Shown: positions 51,097 through 63,944 of the stretch, in pieces
How the letters are laid out: each line of letters starts with the position of its first letter
Position numbering within the stretch: the first letter of the stretch is position 1
Origin: Mobula hypostoma
Taxonomy: Eukaryota
Length of the DNA: 64,000 nt
Assembly (NCBI RefSeq): GCF_963921235.1
Contig: NC_086108.1
Span: 25,172,001 to 25,236,000 of the forward strand
Direction of reading: 5' to 3'
Program-made: the position numbers and the translations under genes
Notes under the pieces: generated by a model
The model's input: the letters and a program-made list of their open reading frames with translations, nothing else
The model's database searches: none
Told to the model about the DNA's origin: nothing

Positions 51097-52033
51097 ATAA
51101 GTGTGAGGGCAGTTTGCTGTTCTCGGTGTCGGATGTGGGAGGCCCTGGAGTCTCCAAGCCTCCCGGACGTCTGCATCTGCGCCAAGTGCATTGAGATGCA
51201 GCTCCTAAGGGACCGTGTTACGGAACTGGAGCTGCAGCTCGATGACCTTCGTCTGGTCAGGGAGAGTGAGGAGGTGATAGAGAGGAGTTGCAGGCAGGTG
51301 GTCACGCCGGGGCCACGGGAGGCAGACAAGTGGGTCACGGTTAGGAGGCGGAAGGGGAAAAGTCAAGTGATAAGGAGTACCCCGGTGGCTGTGCCCCTTA
51401 ACAACAGGTACTCCTGTTTGAGTACTGTTGGGGGGGGACAGCTTACCCGGGGGAAGCGACAGTGGCCGTGCCTCCGGCACAGAGTCTGGCCCTGTAGCTC
51501 AGAAGGGTAGGGCAAGGAAGAGGAGGGCAGTTGTGATAGGGGACTCGATAGTAAGGGGGTCAGATAGGCGATTCTGTGGACGCAGTCCAGAGACCCGGAT
51601 GGTAGTTTGCCTCCCTGGCGCCAGGGTCCGGGATATTTCTGATCGTGTCCAAGATATCCTGAAGTGGGAGGGTGAGGAGCCAGAGGTCGTGGTACATATA
51701 GGTACCAATGACATAGGTAGGAAAAGGGATGAGGTCCTGAAAGGGGAATATAGGGAACTAGGAAGGGAGTTGAGAAAAAGGACCGCAAAGGTAGTAATCT
51801 CGGGATTACTGCCTGTGCCACGCGACAGTGAGAGTAGGAATGCGATGAGGTGGAGGATAAATGTGTGGCTGAGGGATTGGAGCAGGGGGCAGGGATTCAA
51901 GTTTTTGGATCATTGGGACCTCTTTTGGCGCAGGCGTGACCTGTACAAAAAGGACGGGTTACACTTGAATCCGAGGGGGACCAATATCCTGGCAGGGAGA
52001 TTAGCGGGGGCTACTGAGGTGACTTTAAACTAG
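51097..52033 (+). pseudogene. CR1 ORF1: zinc finger/coiled coil plus SGNH esterase
   Basis: CSRCRMWE...CAKC, heptad LLRDRVTELELQLDDL, then GDSIVRG / HIGTNDI / DGLHLN; frameshift in the G-run at 51430-51437; start codon apparently ATA. Confidence 0.9.
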
Positions 52034-52099
52034 AATGGTTGGGGGGTGGGAATCAAATTAAAGAGGCTAGGCGTGAGGAGGTTAGTTCACAACAGAGGG

Positions 52100-55058
52100 A
52101 TGGGAACCAGTGCAGAGAGACAGAGGGGTGTAAAGTGAGGGTAGAAGCAAAAAGTACTAAGGAGAAAAGTAAAAGTGGCGGGCCGACAAATCCAGGGCAG
52201 CATTAAAAAGGGCCACTTTTCAACATAATTGTATAAGGGCTAAGAGAGTTGTAAAAGAGTGCCTGAAGGCTTTATGTGTCAATGCAAGGAGCATTCGTAA
52301 TAAGGTGGATGAATTGAAAGTGCAGATTGTTATTAATGATTATGATATAGTTGGGATCACAGAGACATGGCTCCAGGGTGACCAGGGATGGGAGCTCAAC
52401 GTTCAGGGATAGTCAATATTCAGGAGGGATAGACATGAAGGAAGGGGAGGTGGGGTGGCGTTGCTGGTTAAAGAAGAGATTAACGCAATAGAAAGGAAGG
52501 ACATATAAGCCGGGAAGATGTGGAATCGATATGGGTAGAGCTGCGTAACACTAAGGGGCAGAAGACGCTGGTGGGAGTTGTGTACAGGCCACCTAACAGT
52601 AGTAGTGAGGTCGGAGATGGTACTAAACAGGAAATTAGAAATGTGTGCAATAAAGGAACAGCAGTTATAATGGGTGACTTCAATCTACATGTAGATTGGG
52701 TGAACCAAATTGGTAAAGGTGCTGAGGAAGAGGATTTCTTGGAATGTATGCGGGATAGTTTTTTGAACCAACATGTTGAGGAACCAACTAGACAGCAGGC
52801 TATTCTGGACTGGGTTTTGAGCAATGAGGAAGGGTTAATTAGCGATCTTGTCGTGAGAGGCCCCTTGGGTAAGAGTGACCATGATATGGTGGAATTCTTC
52901 ATTAAGATGGAGAGTGACATAGTTAATTCAGAAACAAAGGTTCTGAACTTAAAGAGGGGTAACTTTAAAGGTATGAGACGTGAATTAGCTAAGATAGACT
53001 GGCAAATGACACTTAAAGGATTGACGGTGGATATGCAATGGCAAGCATTTAAAGGCTGCATGGATGAACTACAACAATTGTTCATCCCAGTTTGGCAAAA
53101 GAATAAATCAAGGAAGGTAGTGCACCCGTGGCTGACAAGAGAAATTAGGGATAGTATCAATTCCAAAGAAGAAGCATACAAATTAGCCAGAGAAAGTGGC
53201 TCACCTGAGGACTGGGAGAAATTCAGAGTTCAGCACAGGAGGACAAAGGGCTTAATTAGGAAGGGGAAAAAAGATTATGAGAGAAAACTGGCAGGGAACA
53301 TAAAAACGGACTGTAAAAGCTTTTATAGATATGTAAAAAGGAAAAGACTGGTAAGGACAAATGTAGGTCCCCTGCAGACAGAAACAGGTGAATTGATTAT
53401 GGGGAGCAAGGACATGGCAGACCAATTGAATAATTACTTTGGTTCTGTCTTCACTAAGGAGGACATAAATAATCTTCCAGAAATAGTAGGGGACAGAGGG
53501 TCCAGTGAGATGGAGGAACTGAGCGAAATACATGTTAGTAGGGAAGTGGTGTTAGGTAAATTGAACGGATTGAAGGCAGATAAATCCCCAGGGCCCTAGA
53601 GTGCTTAAGGAAGTAGCCCAAGAAATAGTGGATGCATTAGTGATAATTTTTCAAAACTCGTTAGATTCTGGACTAGTTCCTGAGGATTGGAGGGTGGCTA
53701 ATGTAACTCCACTTTTTAAAAAAGGAGGGAGAGAGAAACCGGGGAATTATAGACCGGTTAGCCTAACGTCGGTGGTGGGGAAACTGCTGGAGTCAGTTAT
53801 CAAGGATGTGATAACAGCACATTTGGAAAGCGGTGAAATGATCGGACAAAGTCAGCATGGATTTGTGAAAGGAAAATCATGTCTGACAAATCTCAGAGAA
53901 TTTTTTGAGGATGTAACTAGTAGAGTGGATAGGGCAGAACCAGTGGATGTGGTATATTTGGGTTTTCAAAAGGCTTTTGACAAGGTCCCACACAGGAGAT
54001 TAGTGTGCAAACTTAAAGCACACGGTATTGGGGGTAAGGTATTGGTGTGGGTGGAGAATTGGTTAGCAGACAGGAAGCAAAGAGTGGGAATAAACGGGAG
54101 CTTTTCAGAATGGCAGGCGGTGACTAGTGGGGTACCGCAAGGCTCAGTGCTGGGACCCCAGTTGTTTACAATATATATTAATGACTTGGATGAGGGAATT
54201 AAATTCAGCATCTCCAAGTTTGCGGATGACACGAAGCTGGGTGGCAGTGTTAGCTGTGAGGAGGATGCTAAGAGGATGCAGGGTGACTTGGATAGGTTGG
54301 GTGAGTGGGCAAATTCATAGCAGATGCAATTTAATGTGGATAAATGTGGAGTTATCCACTTTGGTGGCAAAAATAGGAAAACAGATTATTATCTGAATGG
54401 TGGCCGATTAGGAAAAGGGGAGGTGCAACGAGACCTGGGTGTCATTATACACCAGTCATTGAAAGTGGGCATGCAGGTACAGCAGGCGGTGAAAAAGGCG
54501 AATGGTATGCTGGCATTTATAGCGAGAGGATTCGAGTACAGGAGCAGGGAGGTACTACTGCAGTTGTACAAGGCCTTGGTGAAACCACACCTGGAGTATT
54601 GTGTGCAGTTTTGGTCCCCTAATCTGAGGAAAGACATCCTTGCCATAGAGGGAGTACAAAGAAGGTTCACCAGATTGATTCCTGGGATGGCAGGACTTTC
54701 ATATGAAGAAAGACTGGATGAACTGGGCTTGTACTCATTGGAATTTAGAAGATTGAGGGGGGATCTGATTGAAACGTATAAGATCCTAAAGGGATTGGAC
54801 AGGCTAGATGCAGGAAGATTGTTCCCGATGTTGGGGAAGTCCAGAACGAGGGGTCACAGTTTGAGGATAGAGGGGAAGCCTTTTAGGACCGAGATTAGGA
54901 AAAACTTCTTCACACAGAGAGTGGTGAATCTGTGGAATTCTCTGCCACAGGAAACAGTTGAGGCCAGTTCATTGGCTATATTTAAGAGGGAGTTAGATAT
55001 GGCCCTTGTGGCTACGGGGGTCAGGGGGTATGGAGGGAAGGCTGGGGCGAGGTTCTGA
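52100..55058 (+). pseudogene. CR1 ORF2 (APE endonuclease plus RT), disrupted
   Basis: TAG at ~52410, indel at ~52505, 14-nt deletion at ~53596 relative to copies A/B, TAG at 54318-54320. Confidence 0.93.
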
Positions 55059-55156
55059 GTTGGATGATCAGCCATGATCATAATAAATGGCGGTGCAGGC
55101 TCGAAGGGCCAAATGGCCTACTCCTGCACCTATTTTCTATGTTTCTATGTTTCTAT

Positions 55157-55465
55157 GAAAGACCGCACCAACATGGGCATTCAACCAATGTGCAAAAAAC
55201 AATAAACTGTGTAAATACAAAAATAAGTAAATAAGCCACAAATATTGAGAATATGAGATGAAGAGTCCTTGAAAATGGGTCCATAGGTTGATAAAACATT
55301 TCAAAGATAGGATAAATGAAATTGAGTGATGTTATCCCCTTTGGTTCAAGAACCTGATGGTTGAGAGGTAATAACTGTTCCTGCACTTAGTGGTGTGAGC
55401 CCTGAGGCTCCTGTACCTTTATCCTGATGGCAGCAGTGAGAAGAGAGCATGGCTTGGGTGAATAT
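55157..55465 (-). mobile_element. Rex1/Babar 3' fragment
   Basis: HPSHALFSLLPSG on the minus strand; homologous to 5580-5890. Confidence 0.75.
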
Positions 55466-55467
55466 GT

Positions 55468-55990
55468 CTCAGTTTTATCCATAAGGCCTCTCTCGCTGAG
55501 CTCTCCAGTCTATTCTGAGTGAGCACTGCCATGGCTTTCTCCCTGACTAGTAATGCCACCACTCCCCCCCATAATCCTTCGCACTCTCTCGCGTCTAAAA
55601 CACCGAACACTGGAGGTTTGAGCTTCCAGTTCTGCCCCTCCTGCAACTAAGTGTCCGGAATGGCTACGATGATTCAACACTTCCAAGTGCTGATGCATGC
55701 CCTAAGCTCAACTGCCTTTCCAACAAGACTTCTTGCACTGAAATATATGCAGCTCAGAACATTAGTCCCACCATGTTCAACTTCTTGATTCCTGATTTTG
55801 TGTATAGACATAACATGTTTCTCCAGAACCACTCCACTATCTGTCCTGGTGCTCTGGTTTCTGGCTACACTCTGGCACTCTAGTTTAAACCAGACTATGC
55901 ACCCACCTACCACCCCACCCTGTGCAGCACTAGCAAACCCTTCCAGTTGGGATATTAGTCTGCATCCAGCTCAGGTGCAAACCATCCCTT
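55468..55990 (-). mobile_element. Old CR1 ORF2 N-terminus (APE endonuclease)
   Basis: SCIYFSARSLVGKAVELRACISTW and GGVVALLVRE...EALWIKLR. Confidence 0.75.
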
Positions 55991-56523
55991 CTGTACAACA
56001 CTTTTCATCTGAGGAGGTGCGTGGAATTAATGGAGAAGTGTGTCAATGTAAGAACAAGTTAAACCAAGCAAAGAGGGGGATGGACTACTGGAACCTCTCT
56101 TTGAGGAAAGAGCAGTGGCCCCACAGGCTGTCTTGTGATGGATATGTCAAGGCACAGGCCATCATTCCCTCTAGGTTTTTTTTTACAGCTGTATGGACCA
56201 ACCATTGCTCTGGGCCGAGAATTTTTACACGGCCCGAAAACTGCACAACGCTTTGAATTTTTATTGTAATATGCATACCATGAACATTTGGAATGAAAAT
56301 TGAAAAATCACATACTTTTAATTTTACTTATTAATTAAAGGATATAATGAAATACAATACAGCAAAGAAAATCTTTCACATTTCATAAACTTTTTCTCAT
56401 GTCTTTATTACAAATCCATTGTCTAAAAACTGTCCAGATTAATATTAGCATCCAGATGAAAGAATTATCTTAATCCTCATTAGATGATCAAAATGGCCAG
56501 GCAGCATCTGTAGGAAGAGGTAC

Positions 56524-56559
56524 AGTCGACGTTTCAGGCTGAGACCCTTCGTCAGGACT
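56524..56559 (-). ncRNA. Minimal type I hammerhead ribozyme motif
   Basis: AGTC-CTGACGA-AGG(GTCTCAG)CCT-GAAA-CGTC-GACT: intact core, GUC triplet, stem III reduced to the palindrome ACGT. Confidence 0.8.
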
Positions 56560-56853
56560 AACTGAAGGAAGAGTGAGTAAGGGATTTGAAAGTTGGAGGG
56601 GGAGGGGGAGATCCAAAATGATAGGAGAAGACAGGAGGGGGAGGGATAGAGCCGAGAGCTGGACAGGTGATAGGCAAAAGGGGATACGAGAGGATCATGG
56701 GACAGGAGGTCCGGGAAGAAAGACAAGGGGGGGGGTGACCCAGAGGATGGGCAAGAGGTATATTCAGAGGGACAGAGGGAGAAAAAGGAGAGTGAGAGAA
56801 AGAATGTGTGCATAAAAATGAGTAACAGATGGGGTACGAGGGGGAGGTGGGGC

Positions 56854-57315
56854 CTAGCGGAAGTTAGAGAAGTCAATGTTCATGCCATCAGGTTGGAGGC
56901 TACCCAGACGGAATATAAGGTGTTGTTCCTCCAACCTGAGTGTGGCTTCATCTTTACAGTAGAGGAGGCCGTGGATAGACATGTCAGAATGGGAATGGGA
57001 TGTGGAATTAAAATGTGTGGCCACTGGGAGATCCTGCTTTCTCTGGTGGACAGAGCGTAGATATTCAGCAAAGCGGTCTCCCAGTCTGCGTCGGGTCTCG
57101 CCAATATATAAAAGGCCACATTGGGAGCACCGGACGCAATATATCACCCCAGTCGACTCACAGGTGAAGTGATGCCTCACCTGGAAGGACTGTTTGGGGC
57201 CCTGAATGGTGGTAAGGGAGGAAGTGTAAGGGCATGTGTAGCACTTGTTCTGCTTACACGGATAAGTACCAGGAGGGAGATCAGTGGGGAGAGATGCGGG
57301 GGGACGAATGGACAA
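56854..57315 (-). pseudogene. GIY-YIG endonuclease domain of the Penelope-like element
   Basis: VIY...YIGET...RF.E and terminal E...I..L.SLQPDGMN motifs. Confidence 0.9.
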
Positions 57316-59424
57316 GGGAGTTGTGTAGGGAGCGATCCCTGCGGAATGCAGAAGCGGGAGGAGGGAAAGATGTGCTTACTGGTGGGATCCCGTTGGAGGT
57401 GGCGGAAGTTACGGAGAATAATATGTTGGACCCGGAGGCTGGTGGGGTGGTAGGTGAGGACCAGGGGAACCCTATTCCTAGTGGGGTGGTGGGAGGATGG
57501 AGTGAGAGCAGATGTACGTGAAATGGGGGAGATGTGTTTAAGAGCAGAGTTGACAGTGGAGGATGGGAAGCCCCTTTCTTTAAAAAAGGAAGACATCTCC
57601 CTCGTCCTAGAATGAAAAGCCTCATCCTGAGAGCAGATGCGGCGGAGACGGAGGAATTGCGAGAAGGGAATGGCGTTTTTGCAAGAGACAGGGTGAGAAG
57701 AGGAATAACTAAGACTGAATCCATGCTTGCAGTCAACACCAGAAGCTTGAAATGTTCCAATGATACCAACAAAAATTGACAGTACTTCAAATACTTTGTT
57801 TCTGAGCACATAGTTCCACATATCATTGAGCATCTTAATTGAACCAGTCTTAACTTTCTCAAAAATAACGAGTTTGAAACCACAGTATTGCTGCTATATT
57901 TTTGAGGTGAATCTTTCATTGTAATTCTTAATAGTAGCTGAGTATTTTTTTTAATCAGTCGTACAAGGTTCTCTTTTCCAAATTCAAAATTGGTTGCGTT
58001 TGCAACAGTAACAGGGTCTAAAGCTTGTTGTTCTCTTCGATGATTATCAGGAAATCTATTACTGAAGTGATTACACACACGTTGAATGAGTCAAATAATA
58101 GGTACTGCATTGACGTCAGAACTTATAGATGCAAGCAGATCTTTCAGTTTGTCACTCCAAAAAATGGTATCGCCAAGATAGTGACCATAATCTGTTAGTT
58201 TTTGTTTTTGCGTTCTGCAGTGCTTCAATTGTATTCAAACAGCTTTTCCGAACGAATTTACAAACAGATGTAGATCTTCTAAAACATCACCAAGGACAGT
58301 TAATGCTACTTGATTATGTGGATTGGTCAAAATCTTCAGGCAGTAATTGCTGATTAGATCATTACATTCATTAAGAATGAACTACTGACTTCCATTCTAT
58401 GTTTATTGTTACAATTTGTAACAGAGTTGTGAGTAGAAACAGTAACAATGTGAGTATGTTGATGGTCTAAAATTTTTCAAAGTAAAGGTTACGGTATGTC
58501 TATTATTTAGAAATTTTACATATTATATTAATTAACACATTAATTACAGGGTATTTCATAATTATATTGACATAAATTTCAAAATTATATTAGAATTGTT
58601 TCAAAACTATATTAGCATTACATAAAAGAAAATTCAAGCTGGACAGCAACAAAGACTGTGCGTGGGAGCATTTTAGTTACTGCACAGCTGCGCACCACTG
58701 CAGCTTTGAGGAAACAGAGGATCAGATGAAAATGCCGAGTGTGAACTGGTTGGAATAGGAAAACAGAAGCTGTTGAAGTTGAGGATAATGACATAAGATG
58801 GAAGTGTAAATAAATCGATAAAGAAGACAAATAAGGCAAGGAAGGAAAGTCAGCTGAAATGTTGAAAGTATTGTTGTAATTGAATTCATGCCAGAGGAAA
58901 TGTTATCATGTGAGAGGTACGATGAAAAAGATTGGACTTCAGAGTTTATTGAGAAGCATAAATTAGAGGAGGATAGGTGAGCCTAAACTCAGAAAGAGAA
59001 CTTGATGAATAAAGATTTTGAAATTTCCTAAGGATCAAGAGAAAGGATGGCAGTGGATATAGATCAGTGGCTGAAGAAGAAGATGTGTATTGATTTTAAA
59101 TGAGAAGCGAGAGGACTGGTACAAAGTGAGATACTAAATGGAGAAGATGTGGTAGGAATATTGTAACAGACCAAGCAACTGTTGGGCAATTAGGGTCAGG
59201 CTACCAAAATAGTCTGGGAATAAATAATGGTGGAAGGTACAACCAGACTAGGAGGAGGAGCAAGACAGGACTGGCTATCATTTATCAGTCAGGTTTTCAT
59301 CCAATAGCAAGAATGGTGCAATTTCCATAACAATTCATGGGGTTGGCTTTTATTCACAAACACGTGGGTAGATCAGTCCACTTGAAACAAGGATAAATAT
59401 TCAAACAGACTATTATGAAGCATT

Positions 59425-59770
59425 GTGTGGCGGGGTGAAAATAGGTCTCTATCAAAGAAGTTGTAAGGCATTCCTTCCCTCTGCTAGCCTGCAGGTCACC
59501 CTTGGGCAAGGTGTAGCACGTGAAGCCATGGAAGCAGGTGGTGGGTGGTCCCAACAGTGGCTAGTGCATATCACAAGTCCTGGTTATGTACTGATGCAAG
59601 GCAGACAATCTCTGCACAGTATTGATAATGGCTGGAGTCACCCATCTTGTAAAAACACTGCCCTGAAGAAGGCAATGGCAAACCAATACTTTAGAAAATT
59701 TGCCAGGAACAATCATGGTCATAGACCATGACTGCCCACATCATACGACATGGCACCTAATGATGATGAA
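59425..59770 (+). mobile_element. Second copy of the (GAT)n-tailed retroposon
   Basis: Homologous to 39755-40105. Confidence 0.65.
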
Positions 59771-60870
59771 CACAAAGCAACACTGTTCCTAATAGTCCAG
59801 GTACCATTTACAACCCAGCTTCTCTTCATCTCTCTTACTGGGCATTTTTGTGAATCCCATTTTGGAAATTCAACATATGGTCTTCTTGGCAACCAGAGGT
59901 CACTGTTTTGCTTTTCCTATAAGATAGAGGCTGGGAATACTTTAAATTTTCTGTGACATTTAATGTAATTAATACCCAGTCACTGACATCCATGAAAGTG
60001 ATACATTATCTAGCTTTACTTCAGAAAGTTTCCACAGTGGGTTTTTGAAAGCAGACTCACATCTGCACTCATTCACTGTACAGCTGAGGGTAGTGCTTGA
60101 ACAAGGCATTTAGTATGATTACAAACCTCAATAAAATGTGACTGAATATCAGCCTGGTTGTCAGATGCTGTTCGTTTTCAGGCTGAACAAATTTCAAAAG
60201 ATAGAGACATTGACATATTCTGGGTTGTTCTCATTTCTTTACTTCAAACAATAATACTTCCTTCAAAACTGTCAGACATAAGCAATTTACTTCCTTCCCT
60301 AAGCACAGCGCAGCACCAATAATCCACCACTGGACACATCTGCAATTCGAAGTTATATGAGAACCACAAATAAAATCCATTATGGGCATATCAATTTGAA
60401 AATAATTACCATTCTGTTATTTATATTTATAATTTTCTGAGTTAATATTAAAGCTGAAAGGGAGTCATTCCTAATACTACGATCCAAAACACATTATCAG
60501 TAGAAACATTACAATTCCATTTTTTCAGCAAGCGTTCAAGATTATTGATTTTGTCATAAAACTACTTTAAGGCCCATTTCTCCACATTCATTTTATTGCT
60601 GTCATGTTGACTAGCTCCATAATATTAGCCGTAGACTAGAGATCCAGTTTGCCAGCAGCTGAAGTGCAATAAATATGCCACATCCGATCACTCAAAGCAT
60701 AACAAGCTCAAACAAATTCGTTTGTACAAGAATTAATACAACTAAAAGTAATGCTACGGATTAAGTAGAACAGGGTTTATTATTGTTTACAACTTATTTA
60801 TCCTGGAAGTTTTCCTGGAAATTCAAAAAGCTCCTATAAAAAGTTTACGTGATAATAAGTCTCCACATAA

Positions 60871-63800
60871 AGCATCCATCATCAGAGATCCCCATCACCT
60901 AAGTTATCCTTCATCAAAGATCACCACAGCCCAGACCATCCATTAACGGAGATCCCCACCACCCAGGCCTTTCATCATCAGAGATCCCCACCGCCCAGAC
61001 CATCCATCATCAGAGATCCTCACCATCCAGGCCTTTCATCATCAGAGATCCCTACCGCCCAGGCCACCCATCATCAGAGATCCCCACCACCCAGGCCTTT
61101 CATCATCAGAGATCCCCACTGCCCAGGCCATCCATCATCAGAGATCCCCACCGCCCAGGCCACCCATCATCAGAGCTCCCCACCACCCAGGCCTTTCATC
61201 ATCAGAGATCCACACCGCCCAGTCCTTTCATCATCAGAGATCCCCACCGCCCAGGCCACCCATCATCAGAGATCCCCACCGTCCAGGCCTTTCATCATCA
61301 GAGATCCCCACCGCCCAGGCCACCCATCAGCAGAGATCCCCACCACCCAGGCCTTTCATCATCAGAGATCCTCACCACCCAGGCCTTTCATCATCAGAGA
61401 TCCCTACCGCCCAGGCCACCTATCATCAGAGATCCCCACCGCCCAGACCATCCATCATCAGAGATCCCCACCGCCCAGGCCTTTCATCATCAGAGATCCC
61501 CACCGCCCAGGCCATCCATCATCAGAGATCCCCACCGCCCAGACCATCCATCATCAGAGATCCTCACCACCCAGGCCTTTCATCATCAGAGATCCCTACC
61601 GCCCAGGCCACCCATCATCAGAGATCCCCACCACCCAGGCCTTTCATCATCAGAGATCCCCACCGCCCAGGCCATCCATCATCAGAGATCCCCACCGCCC
61701 AGACCATCCATCATCAGAGATCCTCACCACCCAGGCCTTTCATCATCAGAGATCCCCACCGCCCAGGCCACCCATCATCAGAGATCCCCACCGCCCAGGC
61801 CTTTCATCATCAGAGATCCCCACCACCCAGGCCTTTCATCATCAGAGATCCTCACCACCCAGGCCTTTCATCATCAGAGATCCCCACCGCCCAGGCCATC
61901 CATCATCAGAGATCCCCACCGCCCAGACCATCCATCATCAGAGATCCTCACCACCCAGGCCACCCATCATCAGAGATCCCCACCACCCAGGCCTTTCATC
62001 ATCAGAGATCCCCACCGCCCAGTCCTTTCATCATCAGAGATCCCCACCGCCCAGGCCACCCATCATCAGAGATCCCCACCGCCCAGGCCTTTCATCATCA
62101 GAGATCCCCACCGCCCAGGCCACCCATCAGCAGAGATCCCCACCACCCAGGTCTTTCATCATCAGAGATCCTCACCACCCAGGCCTTTCATCATCAGAGA
62201 TCCCTACCGCCCAGACCACCTATCATCAGAGATCCCCACCGCACAGACCATCCATCATCAGAGATCCCCACCGCCCAGACCACCCATCATCAGAGATCCC
62301 CACTACCCAGGCCATCCATCATCAGAGATCCCCACCACCCAGGCCACCCATCATCAGAGATCCTCACCACCCAAGCCACCCATCATCAGAGATCCCCACC
62401 GCCCAGGCCATCCATCATCAGAGATCCCTACCGCCCAGGCCACCCATCATCAGAGATCCCCACTACCCAGGCCTTTCATCATCAGAGATCCCCACCGCCC
62501 AGGCCATCCATCATCAGAGATCCTCACCACCCAGGCCTTTCATCATCAGAGATCCCCACCGCCCAGGCCACCCATCATCAGAGATCCCCACCGCCCAGGC
62601 CTTTCATCATCAGAGATCCCCACCGCCCAGACCATCCATCATCAGAGATCCTCACCACCCAGGCCTTTCATCATCAGAGATCCCCACCGCCCAGGCCACC
62701 CATCATCAGAGATCCCCACCGCCCAGGCCTTTCATCATCAGAGATCCCCACCACCCAGGCCTTTCATCATCAGAGATCCTCACCACCCAGGCCTTTCATC
62801 ATCAGAGATCCCCACCGCCCAGGCCATCCATCATCAGAGATCCCCACCGCCCAGACCATCCATCATCAGAGATCCTCACCACCCAGGCCACCCATTATCA
62901 GAGATCCCCACCACCCAGGCCTTTCATCATCAGAGATCCCCACCGCCCAGTCCTTTCATCATCAGAGATCCCCACCACCCAGGCCACCCATCATCAGAGA
63001 TCCCCACCGCCCAGGCCTTTCATCATCAGAGATCCCCACCACCCAGGCCACCCATCATCAGAGATCCTCACCACCCAAGCCACCCATCATCAGAGATCCC
63101 CACCGCCCAGGCCATCCATCATCAGAGATCCCCATCGCCCAGGCCACCCATCATCAGAGATCCCCACGTCCAGGCCACCCATCATCAGAGATCCCCACCA
63201 CCCAGGCCTTTCATCATCAGAGATCACAACCGCCCAGTCCTTTCATCATCAGAGATCGCCACCGCCCAGGCCACCCATCATCAGAGATCCCCACCGCCCA
63301 GGCCACCCATCATCAGAGATCCCCACCGCCCAGGCCATGCATCATCATAGATCCCCACTACCCAGGCCATCCATCATCAGAGATCCTCACCAGCCAGGCC
63401 ATCCATCATCAGAGATCCTCACCTCCCAGGCCATGCATCATCATAGATCCCCACCACCCAGGCCAACCATCATCAGAGATCCTCACCACCCAGGCCACCC
63501 ATCATCAGAGATCCCCACAACCCAGGCCACCCATCATCAGAGATCCCCACAACCCAAGCCACCCATCATCAGAGATCCTCACCACCCAGGCCACCCATCA
63601 TCAGAGATCCTCACCACCCAGGCCATGCATCATCAGAAATCCCCACCGCCCAGGCCATCCATCATCAGAGATCCCCCCCACCCAGGCCATCTATCATCAG
63701 AGATCCCCACTGCCAGACCATCCATCATCAGAGATCCTCACCGCCCAGACCATCCATCATCAGAGATCCCCACCGCCCAGGCCACTCATCATCAGAGATC

Positions 63801-63944
63801 CCCACCGCCCAGGCCACCCATCATCAGAGATCCCCACCGCCCAGGCCTTTCATCATCAGAGATCCCCACCACCCAGGCCATCCATCATCAGAGATCCCCA
63901 CCCCCCAGGCCATCCATCATCAGAGATCTCCACCACCCAGGCCA
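60871..63944. repeat. 32-bp minisatellite, ~96 units (CATCATCAGAGATCCCCACCGCCCAGGCCATC), derived from Rex1/Babar coding sequence
   Basis: 32-nt periodicity; runs seamlessly into Rex sequence HALFSLLPSGRRY at 63945-64000. Confidence 0.97.

Larger units (their letters stand above)
50786..55156 (+). mobile_element. Near full-length CR1 LINE, copy C (5' UTR, ORF1, ORF2, 3' tail)
   Basis: CpG-rich 5' UTR, ORF1, ORF2 and (TTTCTATG)n tail; same family as copies A and B. Confidence 0.96.
56496..57707 (-). mobile_element. Penelope-like element, 5'-truncated (RT thumb, GIY-YIG endonuclease, pLTR)
   Basis: SSHPVSCKNAIPFSQFLRLRRICS; CKQNKCYTC; VIYCVRCSQCGLLYIGETRRRLGDRF; hammerhead motif in the pLTR. 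Confidence 0.95.
56160..58719 (-). mobile_element. Internally deleted hAT DNA transposon (ZNF862-like transposase C-terminus), split by a Penelope element
   Basis: GTFQASGVDCKHGFSL (57710-57760) continues as HFDHLMRIKIILSSG (<56497), the hAT dimerisation domain; YLGDTIFWSDKLK upstream; degenerate TIRs CATCATTCCCTCTAG and CTTTGAGGAAACAGAG. Confidence 0.72.
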
